A stretch of DNA of 64,000 nucleotides from Candidatus Eiseniibacteriota bacterium (GTDB lineage Bacteria; Eisenbacteria; RBG-16-71-46), in contig CAVUWA010000005.1 in assembly GCA_963744995.1 (NCBI GenBank), positions 64,001-128,000 of the forward strand, given 5' to 3'. The position numbers and the translations under genes are program-made. Positions 9,860-20,193 of the stretch are shown here, piece by piece. The stretch's first letter is position 1, and each line of letters opens with the position of its first letter. The notes below the pieces were generated by a model that was not told the origin of the DNA, made no database searches, and saw only the letters and a program-made list of their open reading frames with translations.

Positions 9860-10678
9860 ATGGCGTACGAACCCCGAGCCGGTGAAGAGACCGGCGCCGG
9901 GCTGCTCCGCGGCGTCGCGCTGATCGTCGCCGCGGGTATCGCACTCGGCCTCGGCTTCAACGCCATGCAGCGCTCCGCCGGATCGGAGCGGGGGCTGTCC
10001 TGGATCAGGCACGACGTGAAGCTCGCGAGCCTCGAGGACCTGCCGCCGGATCCCGGTGCCATGCGTGCTGCGGACGAGCCGCTCGTCGAAGTGCCGCAGG
10101 CCGACCCCGGCATGACCGCGCCCGATCCGGCGACGCCGGCGCCGGGCCAGGCCGCGGACGCGCCGTCGCGCAAGGGCGTGCCGGGTGCCGCGCGGGCGCC
10201 GGCCACAGGAGCGCGCCCCGCCGCTTCCGCGCCGCCCGCCTCGGCCGCTGCGGCCTCGGATTCCGGGCGCGCCGGGCCACCGGCTTCGCCGGCCGGGCTC
10301 CCGGTCATCCCGGAATCGAATCAGCCGCTCGAGATCCAGTACCCGACCGCGAAGAAGTTTCACGATGCGGGGGCGGCCGTGTTCGTGGATGCCCGTTCGC
10401 GCGCGGAGTACGAGGAGGGCCACATCCCGGGCGCGTTCCACCTCGACTTCGACGATGTGTTCGAGACGCCCGACCTCGCCGCGAAGTTCGACTCGCGGGG
10501 AAAGCCGATCATCACGTATTGCGGAGGCGGCGAATGCGAGCTGTCGAGAAACCTGGCGTTCGCGCTGATCGAGGGCGGGCATCACAGGGTGCTGGTGTTC
10601 ACCGGCGGCACCGCGGTGTGGACCGCGGAAGGGCAGCCGCTCGTGACGGGCACGCCCCCCGGCGAGGCGCTGCCGTGA
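9860..10678 (+). CDS. Membrane-anchored rhodanese-like domain protein
   Basis: GGAG RBS; N-terminal TM, Pro/Ala linker, FVDARSRAEYEEGHIPGA and IITYCGGGECELS. Confidence 0.85.
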   Translation: MAYEPRAGEETGAGLLRGVALIVAAGIALGLGFNAMQRSAGSERGLSWIRHDVKLASLEDLPPDPGAMRAADEPLVEVPQADPGMTAPDPATPAPGQAADAPSRKGVPGAARAPATGARPAASAPPASAAAASDSGRAGPPASPAGLPVIPESNQPLEIQYPTAKKFHDAGAAVFVDARSRAEYEEGHIPGAFHLDFDDVFETPDLAAKFDSRGKPIITYCGGGECELSRNLAFALIEGGHHRVLVFTGGTAVWTAEGQPLVTGTPPGEALP

Positions 10679-11136
10679 ACGCCGCCGCCACCCTGCTGCG
10701 CGCGCCGGCCGTGGTACGGCTCGCCCGCATTGCGATCGGTCTCGTGTTCCTGGCTGCCGCGCTGGGCAAGATCGGCGATCTCGCCTCCTTCGCAACCCAG
10801 CTCCACGACTATCGGATCATCCCGCTCTGGAGCGAACACCTGCTCGCCATGACGCTGCCCTGGATCGAGCTGGTCGCCGGCCTGGCACTGGTCACCGGCG
10901 TACGGCCGCGCGCCGGGGCGATCGTCGTTCTCGCGCTCACGCTGACGTTCACGATCGCGGTCGGCAGCGCGTGGGCGCGCGGCCTCGACTTCGAGTGTGG
11001 CTGCTTCGGCAGCAGCGGCGCCGCCACCATCGGCGCGCGCAAGTTCGTGGAGAACGTCGGCCTCTCGCTGCTGGCGGTGCTGGCGACGCTGCGCCCCTCG
11101 GCCGGAAGCACCGGACCGGCAGCCGCACGCCCGTGA
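10675..11136 (+). CDS. MauE/DoxX family redox-associated membrane protein
   Basis: RIAIGLVFLAAALGKI, LPWIEL and GLDFECGCFG; GTGA overlap with the rhodanese gene. Confidence 0.85.
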   Translation: MNAAATLLRAPAVVRLARIAIGLVFLAAALGKIGDLASFATQLHDYRIIPLWSEHLLAMTLPWIELVAGLALVTGVRPRAGAIVVLALTLTFTIAVGSAWARGLDFECGCFGSSGAATIGARKFVENVGLSLLAVLATLRPSAGSTGPAAARP

Positions 11137-11377
11137 CCTCGGGCGGCCGGCGCGGCTGCCCGATCGCACCCCCGCGCGGCCCCCGGCGGTCCGGAGGGCC
11201 GTCGGCGGGACCGACACATTTGCGCTCATGCCGCAGCGCATCGCGCGACGCCCCGGCGCGACGGTCCCGTGAAGAAGTTGCCAGCAGGCTCGTTCGAACA
11301 GGTATTCGCGATCTGGAACGGCTTATGCGTGAGCGCCATGCCTGGTGGAGTCCAGGACGGCAACCGGAGAGCGAGTC

Positions 11378-13081
11378 ATGAGTGCCCGTGACGTGGTCTG
11401 TCGCCTCACAGGATCCGTGCTGTGTATCGTCGCCTTCGCCGGTGCGGCCCGCGGTGAGGGTCTCGGCGTGTGCGATGTCCCGGTCTGGATGCGCAGTGGC
11501 GATCAGAGCGACGGACGGTTCGGAACCGTGGCGCCCGCAGGGGACGTCAACGGGGACGGCTATGCGGACGTGCTGATCGGCGCCTACAACTACGACGAGG
11601 GCGAACCGGACGAAGGCGTCGTCTACCTCTTTCTGGGTGGCCCGAACGGCCTCGCGACCTCCCCCGCCTGGACCGCCGAGTCCAATCAGGCGGGCGCCCG
11701 CCTCGGCGACAAGCTGTCGGGAGCCGGCGACGTCAACGGGGACGGATACGACGACGTGATCATCGGCGCCGCCTACTTCGATTCGACTCACGTCGATGCC
11801 GGCGCTGCGTTCCTCTATACAGGTTCGCCGTCGGGGCTCAGTGTGGAGCCGGCCTGGGTCGCCGTGGGCGATCAGGACGATGCGCAGTTCGGTGCGTGCG
11901 TGCAGGCGGCCGGCGACGTGAACGACGATGGCTTTGCCGACGTCATCGTGGGTGCGTGGCTGTACGACCACGGCGAGTTGAACGAAGGCCGCGCCTACGT
12001 GTACTGCGGTTCGGATTCCGGTCTCGCCGATGCGCCCGCCTGGATCGGTGAGAGCGATTCGCCCGGGGCGGCGTACGGCTATTTCTGTGCCTCCGCCGGC
12101 GACGTCAACGGCGACGGCTTCGACGACATCGTGGTCGGCGCCCGTCGCTTCAGCGGAAATGGTCTGCAGGAAGAGGGCCGCGTGTACGTGTACTACGGCT
12201 CGCCTGCCGGGCCCGCGCTGGAAGCGGACTGGGTCCGCGATGCCGGCCGGGAGAAGAGCGAGTTCGGCGCATACACGATTTCCGCCGGCGACGTCGATGC
12301 CGACGGCTATGACGATCTGCTCGTGGGCGCATTTCGCTACGATGACCCCGACCTGGACGAAGGAATGGCGTGCCTCTTCCGCGGGTCGGGGAGCGGGCTG
12401 TCCATGACGCCGGCCTGGCAGGTGGAAGGCGGCATCGCCCGGAACAACTTCGGCTATCACCTCGATGGCGCCGGAGACGTCAACGGCGACGGGTACGATG
12501 ACGTCATCGTGAGCGCCCCCGGCGTGGACACCTACGGCTTCACCTACTACAACGCCGGTCAGGTCTTCGTCTACGAGGGTGAAGCGGGTGGACTTTCCAC
12601 GACTCCTGCATGGACGCAGCAGGGGGATCAGGACTACATGAGCCTGGAGGCCGTCCGCGGCGTCGGTGACGTGAATGGTGATGGCTATGACGACGTGGCC
12701 ACGGGCGCGCTCTACCACGACGGCGCCGAGGTGGACGCGGGGCGCGCGTGGGTCTTCTACGGATGTGCGGAGGGACGGACCTTCGTTCCACGCGCCGAAA
12801 CGCCTGCAGCGGGAGTTCGGCTGGCAGGCGCCAGTCCCTTCACGGGCTCCACGGCGTTCAGGATGAGCGTCCCCGCGGGAGGACCGGCGCGGCTCTGCAT
12901 TCGCGACCTTCTGGGCCGGCGCGTGGCCACCCTGTTCACGGGGCGCGTCGAGCCCGGCGTGCTCGTCGTGACGTGGAACGGCCGATCCGACCGGGGCGAA
13001 TCCGTCCCCGCAGGGCTCTATTTCGCCACGCTCGATGCGGGCGGGGTCTCTCTCGGCACGAAGGTCGTCAAGCTGCCGTAG
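11378..13081 (+). CDS. Secreted FG-GAP (integrin-alpha-like) 7-repeat beta-propeller protein with FlgD-Ig/T9SS-like C-terminal domain
   Basis: Seven GDVNGDGYDD-type repeats each followed by IGA/VGA-like segments; C-terminus WNGRSDRGESVPAGLYF...KVVKLP. Confidence 0.88.
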   Translation: MSARDVVCRLTGSVLCIVAFAGAARGEGLGVCDVPVWMRSGDQSDGRFGTVAPAGDVNGDGYADVLIGAYNYDEGEPDEGVVYLFLGGPNGLATSPAWTAESNQAGARLGDKLSGAGDVNGDGYDDVIIGAAYFDSTHVDAGAAFLYTGSPSGLSVEPAWVAVGDQDDAQFGACVQAAGDVNDDGFADVIVGAWLYDHGELNEGRAYVYCGSDSGLADAPAWIGESDSPGAAYGYFCASAGDVNGDGFDDIVVGARRFSGNGLQEEGRVYVYYGSPAGPALEADWVRDAGREKSEFGAYTISAGDVDADGYDDLLVGAFRYDDPDLDEGMACLFRGSGSGLSMTPAWQVEGGIARNNFGYHLDGAGDVNGDGYDDVIVSAPGVDTYGFTYYNAGQVFVYEGEAGGLSTTPAWTQQGDQDYMSLEAVRGVGDVNGDGYDDVATGALYHDGAEVDAGRAWVFYGCAEGRTFVPRAETPAAGVRLAGASPFTGSTAFRMSVPAGGPARLCIRDLLGRRVATLFTGRVEPGVLVVTWNGRSDRGESVPAGLYFATLDAGGVSLGTKVVKLP

Positions 13082-13221
13082 GTGGCAGTGGCCCGTCGCC
13101 GCCGGCGTGATGCACGGCCGCAGGCCATGCTCGCCCCCGTGGGCCGCCGGGGCCGACGCTCCCCCCTGGAGCCGGATCGTGGCCGAGCGTCACACGGGGA
13201 CGCGTTCTCGAGAGTTCTCCC

Positions 13222-14511
13222 TTACATCGGCAGGCGGAAGACGAACCTCGCCCCGCGCGGCGCGCGTGGTTCGGCCGTGATCGTGCCGCCGTGGGACTCG
13301 ACGATCCGTCTGCAGATACTGAGTCCGAGCCCGAAACCGCCGCTGCGCCGGGAGCGCGAGGCGTCGGCGCGGAAGAACGGCTCGAACAGCCGTTCGCGAT
13401 CCCCGGCGGCGAATCCCGCGCCGTCGTCGGTGACGCGGACGATGGCGTCCTCCCCGTCCACGCCGAGCGAGATCTCGACCGGTTCGCTGTCGGGCAACGC
13501 ATGTCCGAGCGCATTGTCGATCAGGTTGCGGAGGACGGTGCGCACCCCCCCGGGATCGACATCGAGCTCGAGGACCGGGGGCGCCGCACCGAGCCGCACG
13601 CCCGGCGGCCGACCTGCGGCACGGAGGACCTCGTCACGGACCAGATCGACGAGGTCGTGTCGGCCCGCTACGGGATGTGGTCCCTCCCGCAACCGCTCCA
13701 GCTCCAGCAGCCGGGTCACCAGCGTCTCCATCTCGCCGACGTCGTCACGCATCGACCGTCGCTCCGGGCCGTCCGGCATCATCTCCAGCGCCACCTTCAT
13801 GCGCGTGAGCGGTGAGCGCAGCTCGTGGCTCACGTCGCGCAGCATGCGTTCGCGCGCACTCAGCATCTCCCGCACCCGCCCGGCCATGCGGTTGAACGCA
13901 TCGGTGAGGAGCCCGAATTCGTCGTCGCTCTGTCGAGGCACGGCGACGTCGAGGCGCCCTGCGCCCAGCGCCGCGACGCCTTCGCCGAGCAGTCGCAGCG
14001 GACGCAGCGCGCGCCGGATCACCAGATACGCCGTGGCGAAGACGGCCGCCATCAGGAACAGCAGCAACACCAGCATCAACGTGTGCGCGCGTCCGATGTC
14101 GTCGCTGACGCTGCGCGCGAAGACGTAGCGGCCGCCCTCGACCGGCACGACGTAGTAGGCGCGGCGCGGGATCAGCAGATGGGCCGCCCAACCCGTGGGG
14201 CCCCGATCGAGTTGCGCCGCCGTCGGCACCGAAGGATCGGTGGCCCAGGTCGTGTCGGGGCCCTCGAAGCGGATCGCCATGCCCACGCCGTCGGCGAAGT
14301 GTCGCGCCGCCGCGAGATCCGGCCTCGTCCCGGCGATCGCGCGGACGTGCGGGCCGAACGCATCGTTCAGGGAGGCATGGATGCCGGGGATCACGATCGC
14401 GAAGAAGAATCCACCCACCAGCACGATCACGATCACGCCGCTCATCGCCATGATCACGACGAGCCGGGCGAAGACCGAACGAAAGACGGCGGGGCGCGGG
14501 GCGCCGGTCAC
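13222..14511 (-). CDS. HAMP-domain sensor histidine kinase
   Basis: Two TM segments, HAMP, DVSHELRSPL (H box), NLIDNA, DDGAG, FEPFFR, GFGLGL; GTGA overlap with the regulator stop. Confidence 0.92.
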   Translation of the reverse strand: MTGAPRPAVFRSVFARLVVIMAMSGVIVIVLVGGFFFAIVIPGIHASLNDAFGPHVRAIAGTRPDLAAARHFADGVGMAIRFEGPDTTWATDPSVPTAAQLDRGPTGWAAHLLIPRRAYYVVPVEGGRYVFARSVSDDIGRAHTLMLVLLLFLMAAVFATAYLVIRRALRPLRLLGEGVAALGAGRLDVAVPRQSDDEFGLLTDAFNRMAGRVREMLSARERMLRDVSHELRSPLTRMKVALEMMPDGPERRSMRDDVGEMETLVTRLLELERLREGPHPVAGRHDLVDLVRDEVLRAAGRPPGVRLGAAPPVLELDVDPGGVRTVLRNLIDNALGHALPDSEPVEISLGVDGEDAIVRVTDDGAGFAAGDRERLFEPFFRADASRSRRSGGFGLGLSICRRIVESHGGTITAEPRAPRGARFVFRLPM

Positions 14512-15212
14512 GGCACCCCGCCGATGAACGCGTACCCGACGCCGCGAACGGTGCGGATCCACTCGGGGCGGCGCGGCGGATCGTCCAGCTTCTGCCGCAA
14601 TCGGCTGACGAGCACGTCCACCGACCGGTCGAACGCCTCCCAGTCCATGCCACGCATCTCGTTCATGATCCGTTCACGGGCCAGCACCCGCCCGCGGTGC
14701 CGCATGAGAACGAGCAGAAGGTCGAACTCGGCGGTCGTGAGGTCCAGCGTCCTACCGGCGAGACGCGCCGTCCGGGCCTCCGGATCCACTTCGAGCGTTC
14801 CGGCGGCCAGTCGCTCGCCCGGAGCGGCGGGGCGTCCGCGCCGCAGGACGGCCTGCGCGCGCGCCACCAGTTCCCGTGGCTCGAACGGTTTCGGCAGGTA
14901 GTCGTCGGCGCCCATCTCGAGCCCGACCACCCGGTCCGCCACCTCGCCGCGGGCGGTGAGCATGATGATCGGCACGGCACTGGTCTCGCGAATCCTGCGG
15001 CACACCGCGAATCCGTCGGCCCCGGGGAGCATCACGTCGAGGATCACCAGATCGGGCGGCTCGTGGCGCAGACGGCGCAGGCCTTCGTCGGGATGTTGCA
15101 CGGTCTCGACCGTGAAGCCGAATCCGGCGAGATAGTCCGCCAGCAGGGCGTTCAGCTTCGCGTCGTCGTCCACGATCAGCACCCGGGCTTCCGTGGGCGC
15201 GTGTCCGCTCAT
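14508..15212 (-). CDS. OmpR/PhoB family response regulator
   Basis: IVDDD, ILDVMLP, MLTARG, DYLPKPF; winged helix RSVDVLVSRLRQKL...IRTVRGVGY. Confidence 0.95.
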   Translation of the reverse strand: MSGHAPTEARVLIVDDDAKLNALLADYLAGFGFTVETVQHPDEGLRRLRHEPPDLVILDVMLPGADGFAVCRRIRETSAVPIIMLTARGEVADRVVGLEMGADDYLPKPFEPRELVARAQAVLRRGRPAAPGERLAAGTLEVDPEARTARLAGRTLDLTTAEFDLLLVLMRHRGRVLARERIMNEMRGMDWEAFDRSVDVLVSRLRQKLDDPPRRPEWIRTVRGVGYAFIGGVP

Positions 15213-15264
15213 GCGTTCCTCCGGTGCGGACCCGCCGCGCTTTCCCGGCGTGCCCGGTCACGGC

Positions 15265-15744
15265 TCAGCGCCCGCCGTGGCCGTGCCCGCCGTGGTGCGT
15301 CGCCGCGTGCTGCAGAATGGCGACCTGCAGCAGCGCGTGCGGCGGTTTCCCGCCGACGTTGAAGCGGAAGCGATGGCGTGAAGCGTCCTCTGCGAGGAGC
15401 ACGACTGTCAACTCGTGACGGGCGGACGCTTCGATCCCGGCGAGCACCAGATCGCCCGTGCGGTCGTGCAGGTTGCGGTAGCTCCGCATGCGGGTCTCCA
15501 GCGGCCGCGTCTTCAGGGAGTCCTTCGCGACGTGCGCCGTCAGGAAGTCGCGCATCGCCTCTTCGCCGCCCGCGAACGCCTCGACCCATCCGGCCGCGAC
15601 GCGCCCCGCGGGCGTGTCGGGCCAGCCCTGGTCCATGGCCCGCGCGTTCTGCGGGTCGGCGGAAGCGACCGGCGTGACGGCCACTACCGCCAGCCACATC
15701 GGGATGAGCCAGCACGCTCGCATGCGGGCGCTTCGACGTGTCAC
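15265..15744 (-). CDS. Secreted hypothetical protein with His/Gly-rich tail
   Basis: GGAGG RBS; signal peptide ending ASA; PDTPAGR..W..AF motif; tail HAATHHGGHGHGGR. Confidence 0.65.
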   Translation of the reverse strand: MTRRSARMRACWLIPMWLAVVAVTPVASADPQNARAMDQGWPDTPAGRVAAGWVEAFAGGEEAMRDFLTAHVAKDSLKTRPLETRMRSYRNLHDRTGDLVLAGIEASARHELTVVLLAEDASRHRFRFNVGGKPPHALLQVAILQHAATHHGGHGHGGR

Positions 15745-15881
15745 GGAAACCTCCCTGCGGTTGGAGTCAATGCCGGCCGTGAAGGGCCAGCAGCCACTGT
15801 TCGATCGCCCTCGCCCAGCGACTCCCGAACAGGACGACGATGGTGCCCAGCACCGCCAGCGCGATCAGGAGCGCACGCCCT

Positions 15882-18275
15882 CTACGCATGCGCCACGGCC
15901 TCGCGCACGCTCATCCGCGCGGCATGGAGACAGGGCTGCACGCTGCTCAGGGTGGCCAGAACCAGGACCAGCCCGAGCCAGGCGAACGAAGCACCGGGCG
16001 CGAGCGTGAAGGGCAACGGCGCCGCGAAGAACATGTTGCCGGTCACGCGCTGCAGGATCGCGCTCACCGGCGCGGTGAGCAGGCTCGCTCCCGCCCAGCT
16101 CGTCAGCGCAATCAACATCCCCTCGGACCAGACCCCGAGCGCGAGCGCCCGCGGCGTCGCGCCGAGCGCTCCCATGATTCCGATTTCGCGCGTGCGCTGC
16201 ACCACGCTGATGGTCAGCGCCGAAGTCAGTCCGACCGTGCCGACCAGAATCACGAGGCCTGCGGCGAGCAACAGGATGACCTTGATGATCACCAGGTGAT
16301 CGATCACGGCCCCCCGCATGTCGTCGAGAGGGAACAGACGCGCGATCTCGACGTGATCGGCCGCGAATGCGGCCTCGATCCCGCGCGCGGCGGCCGCGCG
16401 GCCCGCTGCGTCGTGCGTTTCCGTTACGACCCGAATGGTACGGGCCACGCTGGCATCCACGCCCGTGGCCGCCAGCATGGCCGGCTCCGGCACGTAGACG
16501 ATCGGCTGTACGAGCAGCTCCTGCACGATGCCGACGATCGGAAACGCGAGCGTTCGGCCCTCGTGCCGCACGCGTACCGTGTCCCCGACCGCAAGCGCCG
16601 GATACATCGCGTGCGCGGCGCTGTTGAGCACCGCTCCGTCCACGACGGCCGGATCGAGCCAGCGCCCCGCGGTGACGTGTGGATCGAGGAGCGTGCTCGA
16701 CGGCTCGACGCCGAGCAGCGCCAGCTCGCGTCCCGCGGCGCCGTCCGCGCCGATCAGCCATGCCGGCGCGCCCGGCCAGTACTCGGCGCGCGCCACGCCT
16801 GGAATGGCGGCGAACCGGCGGTCGAGAGAATCGACCGGCCGGGGTGTCGCCAGCCACATGATGATGTCGTAGTGACGGCGCGCGAAATCCTCCTTCGTGG
16901 CCCGGTCCCATGCCGCCGAACAGTTGAGCGCGGCCATGAACGTGGCGCCAGCCAGCGCCAGCATGCCCGCGGCCAGCGCGAAGCGGCCGCGGCGCGCGAG
17001 CGCGGAGCGCAGCACGACGAGCTGCGGACGCGGCAACCACCGGATTCCGAGGATCGCGCGCGCGAGCGCGTCCGCGGCAGGAGGCCGTGCGCCGCCGACG
17101 TCCGCCAGCGCCTCACGCACGGTGATGCGCGCCGCGCGCCACACCGGCACGAGCGCCACCAGGAGCGGCGCGATAAGCCCCACGGCGACGACCAACGCCA
17201 GCGCCCCGAGAGGGAACGGGCTCCCCGAGACGTCGGCGTTGAGGATGTCGGCGGAAAAGCGCGCATAGCCACGCCCGGCGACCCACGCCAACGGCACCCC
17301 GATCGCCACCGCGGCGCCCGCCAGCATGCCGACGTGCACGAGATAGACCCCGGCGACCTGCGCACGCGTCGCGCCGATGGCCTTCATGATGCCGATCTGC
17401 CGCACCTGCTCGCTCTGCAGCGCCTGGATCAGGCTCGCGGTGAGCACCGCGCCGAGCACGAACGCCAGCAGCGCGAAGCTGCCCACCAGGAACATGAACG
17501 TGTCCATCTGACGCTGGTGCGGATGCTGGTCCGGCTCGGGCACCTGGACGCGCCGCACGGCGACACCGCGGGCCTCGAGCGCCGCCTGCGCACGGCCGGC
17601 GACCTCGCGAATGTGACCTTCCTGCAGCCGGTGCTCGGCGACGCGCAGCAGGATCTGCGACGATTCGCGGTGCGGGCCCCGGCGGGCCAGCGAGCGCTTG
17701 GTCACGAATCCGTAGACGACGTGCTCCATCCACGCCGGCGCGAGTCCCGCGGCGTAGGCCGTGCCCGCGAGGCGCAACGAACGCTCCGACCCGCCCGGGA
17801 TTTGCAAGGCTAGCGTGTCGCCGACCGCCGCACGCGCAACGGACAGGGCGGTGCGTTCGAGCAGGATCTCCCCGTCCGCAGGCGGCCAGGCGCCGGCGTC
17901 GGGGCGCACCAGGTTCAGACGCTGCGCCGTGAAGTCCTCGAGGACGTAGAGGAACGCCGGCAGCCAAGCCTCCTGGCCGGGGGCGCCCACACGAATCCGT
18001 GCCATGATCATCGGCCGCGCCTCGACGTCGCCCACCCCCGGCACGGCGCGCACCACGTCCATGACTCCGTCGTCGAGGCGATCCACGTAGAGCGTCGCCG
18101 ATGCAGGCTCGGTGGCGCCGTACATTGCGCCCAGCACGGGACCGAGCAGGGCCTGCTTGAAGACCATCGTCCCGAGCGCGCCGATGCCGATCGCCATCGC
18201 CAGGACCGCGAGCGCCGAGCGCCCGGGGCGCTCGGCGATGTCGGCCAGAGCCTTGCGCCAGCGCGGTGCCATCAT
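15882..18275 (-). CDS. ABC transporter permease, FtsX/MacB-like with two repeats
   Basis: Two FtsX-type motifs (RQIGIMKAIGAT and REIGIMGALGAT) with periplasmic loops. Confidence 0.9.
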   Translation of the reverse strand: MMAPRWRKALADIAERPGRSALAVLAMAIGIGALGTMVFKQALLGPVLGAMYGATEPASATLYVDRLDDGVMDVVRAVPGVGDVEARPMIMARIRVGAPGQEAWLPAFLYVLEDFTAQRLNLVRPDAGAWPPADGEILLERTALSVARAAVGDTLALQIPGGSERSLRLAGTAYAAGLAPAWMEHVVYGFVTKRSLARRGPHRESSQILLRVAEHRLQEGHIREVAGRAQAALEARGVAVRRVQVPEPDQHPHQRQMDTFMFLVGSFALLAFVLGAVLTASLIQALQSEQVRQIGIMKAIGATRAQVAGVYLVHVGMLAGAAVAIGVPLAWVAGRGYARFSADILNADVSGSPFPLGALALVVAVGLIAPLLVALVPVWRAARITVREALADVGGARPPAADALARAILGIRWLPRPQLVVLRSALARRGRFALAAGMLALAGATFMAALNCSAAWDRATKEDFARRHYDIIMWLATPRPVDSLDRRFAAIPGVARAEYWPGAPAWLIGADGAAGRELALLGVEPSSTLLDPHVTAGRWLDPAVVDGAVLNSAAHAMYPALAVGDTVRVRHEGRTLAFPIVGIVQELLVQPIVYVPEPAMLAATGVDASVARTIRVVTETHDAAGRAAAARGIEAAFAADHVEIARLFPLDDMRGAVIDHLVIIKVILLLAAGLVILVGTVGLTSALTISVVQRTREIGIMGALGATPRALALGVWSEGMLIALTSWAGASLLTAPVSAILQRVTGNMFFAAPLPFTLAPGASFAWLGLVLVLATLSSVQPCLHAARMSVREAVAHA

Positions 18276-18961
18276 GCCTGGCGCGGCGGGGCCGCGGTCA
18301 CGACGCGGCCGTCCTCGATCGTCACCGTCCGCGGCGAGGCGAGGACGGCGTCCCGTTCGTGGGTGACGATCACCACGGTCTTACCCTCGCCGGCCAGTGC
18401 CGTGAGCAGGTCGAAGATCGCGGCGCCGGTGTGCGAGTCGAGGTTGCCGGTGGGCTCGTCGGCAACGATCAGCGGTGGATCGTTTGCCAGCGCCCGGGCG
18501 ATCGCGACCCGTTGCTGCTGGCCGCCCGAAAGGCTGGACGGCAGCTTGTTCGCCTGGTCCGCCACGCCCACCCGGTCCAGCAGATCGAGGGCGCGCGGCC
18601 GGCGTTGCGCGGCGAACGTGCCGCAGAAGTCCATCGGCAACATGACGTTCTCCGCCACGCTGAGCGTCGGCAGCAGCTGGAACGACTGGAACACCACCCC
18701 GACCGTGCGGCCACGCCAGGCGGCGAGTCGATCCTGGGTCAGCGCGCCGACCGGCGTCCCGCCGACCGTGATGCGGCCGGACGAGGGCCGGTCGATGCCC
18801 GCGATCATGTTGAGCAGCGTGGACTTCCCGCTCCCCGATCGACCGACCACGGTGACCAGCTCAGCCTGGCCGATCTCGAGATCGACCTCACGCAGGGCGT
18901 GCACGCTGCCGGCCGGCGTGGGATAGGACTTGCTGACGGACTGCAGATGGATCACGGGCAC
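18272..18961 (-). CDS. ABC transporter ATP-binding protein (LolD/MacB-like)
   Basis: GRSGSGKST, LSGGQQQRV, ADEPTGNLD, VTH; AGGAGG RBS. Confidence 0.95.
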   Translation of the reverse strand: MPVIHLQSVSKSYPTPAGSVHALREVDLEIGQAELVTVVGRSGSGKSTLLNMIAGIDRPSSGRITVGGTPVGALTQDRLAAWRGRTVGVVFQSFQLLPTLSVAENVMLPMDFCGTFAAQRRPRALDLLDRVGVADQANKLPSSLSGGQQQRVAIARALANDPPLIVADEPTGNLDSHTGAAIFDLLTALAGEGKTVVIVTHERDAVLASPRTVTIEDGRVVTAAPPRQA

Positions 18962-19305
18962 CCTCCTGGATCACCGCGACGGCCTGCGCCGTGCGGGTCA
19001 GAGGCAGGGTGCCGCAGCCATGTGTCTGGAGTGTGTCGCCGGCGTATCGATGGGCGACGGGGCGGGCGGGCCAGGGAAGAATTTCAGGCCGGTGCCGCTC
19101 CCCCACCCGCCGTGGCGTTGCCGCTGTGGCTCTCGCGGGTTCCTGTCCGTCGAACTTCGGCGTGATCGCGCGGGCATGCGCCCGGAAATCATTTGCCTCG
19201 CCCGCGCACCTGGGGCACTGTCGAATGCAGTCGCCGGTTGGATTCTCCTTCGTTGTCCGGAGCCGTTCCCACGTTCCTCGGGTCGCCTTCCGAAGGAGAG
19301 TCATC

Positions 19306-20073
19306 ATGTGCAGCGTGCCGTTTCCGCTCGCCCTCGCCCTCGCCATCCCGGCGCAGGTATCCGCGGCGCCTCCGGTCGTGGAGGTCTCCGCCATGATCGA
19401 ACGCGTCACCCCGCTGACCGGATCCGTGCGCCTGGAGCCGAGCGCGAACGTGAGCGCCTATGCCAATCTGGCGAACTTCTGGGGCTTCTCACTGATTCAC
19501 GGGGGAGTCGCGAGCAACGGCGTCGACACCAGCACCCTGTTCGTGGCGGATGATCTCGTTCCCGATCCGGCGTATGGCGGAGCGAGGGTGACCGCCATCC
19601 GCTTCACGGTCAGCAACTACAATCCGGTCCCCGTGACGATCCGGACGATCGTCGGATTGCTGAATCCAGACGGGCCGTCCGGACAACCCGGGTCGCTCAT
19701 CCTGGGAATCGTCGCCGATGGACTGATCGTTCAACCCGTGACGGTGTCGGTGATCGTGTTGCCGATGCCGCCCGGAAGATTCTCGATGCCGGGTGGACCG
19801 TTCTGGGCGGGCTTGTCCTTCGACGATGCCGACGGCGGGTGGAGCGTGACGCCGAGCCAGCTTTCGAACCTCGGGCAGGGCTACTTCGGCCCGCCCACCG
19901 TCGGATCGAGCCAGAACCGTCTCTTCATCACCTCGACCCCGTTCACCCTGGACGGCACCATCCTCACCCGCACCGGCACGCCGGCCTATGACTTCGGCTG
20001 GGAATTCGAGGTCGACGATTCGACCCCGACGCGGCTTTCGACATGGGGCCGGTTGAAGACGCTGTACCGATGA
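19306..20073 (+). CDS. Secreted hypothetical protein ending in the WGRxKxxYR motif
   Basis: AAGGAG RBS; signal peptide ending VSA; C-terminus TPTRLSTWGRLKTLYR. Confidence 0.75.
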   Translation: MCSVPFPLALALAIPAQVSAAPPVVEVSAMIERVTPLTGSVRLEPSANVSAYANLANFWGFSLIHGGVASNGVDTSTLFVADDLVPDPAYGGARVTAIRFTVSNYNPVPVTIRTIVGLLNPDGPSGQPGSLILGIVADGLIVQPVTVSVIVLPMPPGRFSMPGGPFWAGLSFDDADGGWSVTPSQLSNLGQGYFGPPTVGSSQNRLFITSTPFTLDGTILTRTGTPAYDFGWEFEVDDSTPTRLSTWGRLKTLYR

Positions 20074-20128
20074 CGCCCCGCGCCGCGACGGCGGCGGGTC
20101 CGTCGCCCGCAGGCGTCTCCGACAGGAT

Positions 20129-20156
20129 CGGCGGCCACCCCGAAGGGAGGCCGCCG
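20129..20156. terminator. Hairpin between convergent genes
   Basis: CGGCGGCC-ACCC CGAA GGGA-GGCCGCCG inverted repeat. Confidence 0.45.
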
Positions 20157-20193
20157 GCAGGCAACGAGTGCCTTGACCTGGGATCGCTCCATG

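Noticed and set aside
11295..11308. CGAACAGGTATTCG resembles a Gram-positive-type LexA box (CGAAC-N4-GTTCG)
   Set aside because: One mismatch in the conserved half-site, single occurrence, and it precedes an adhesin-like gene with no SOS connection.
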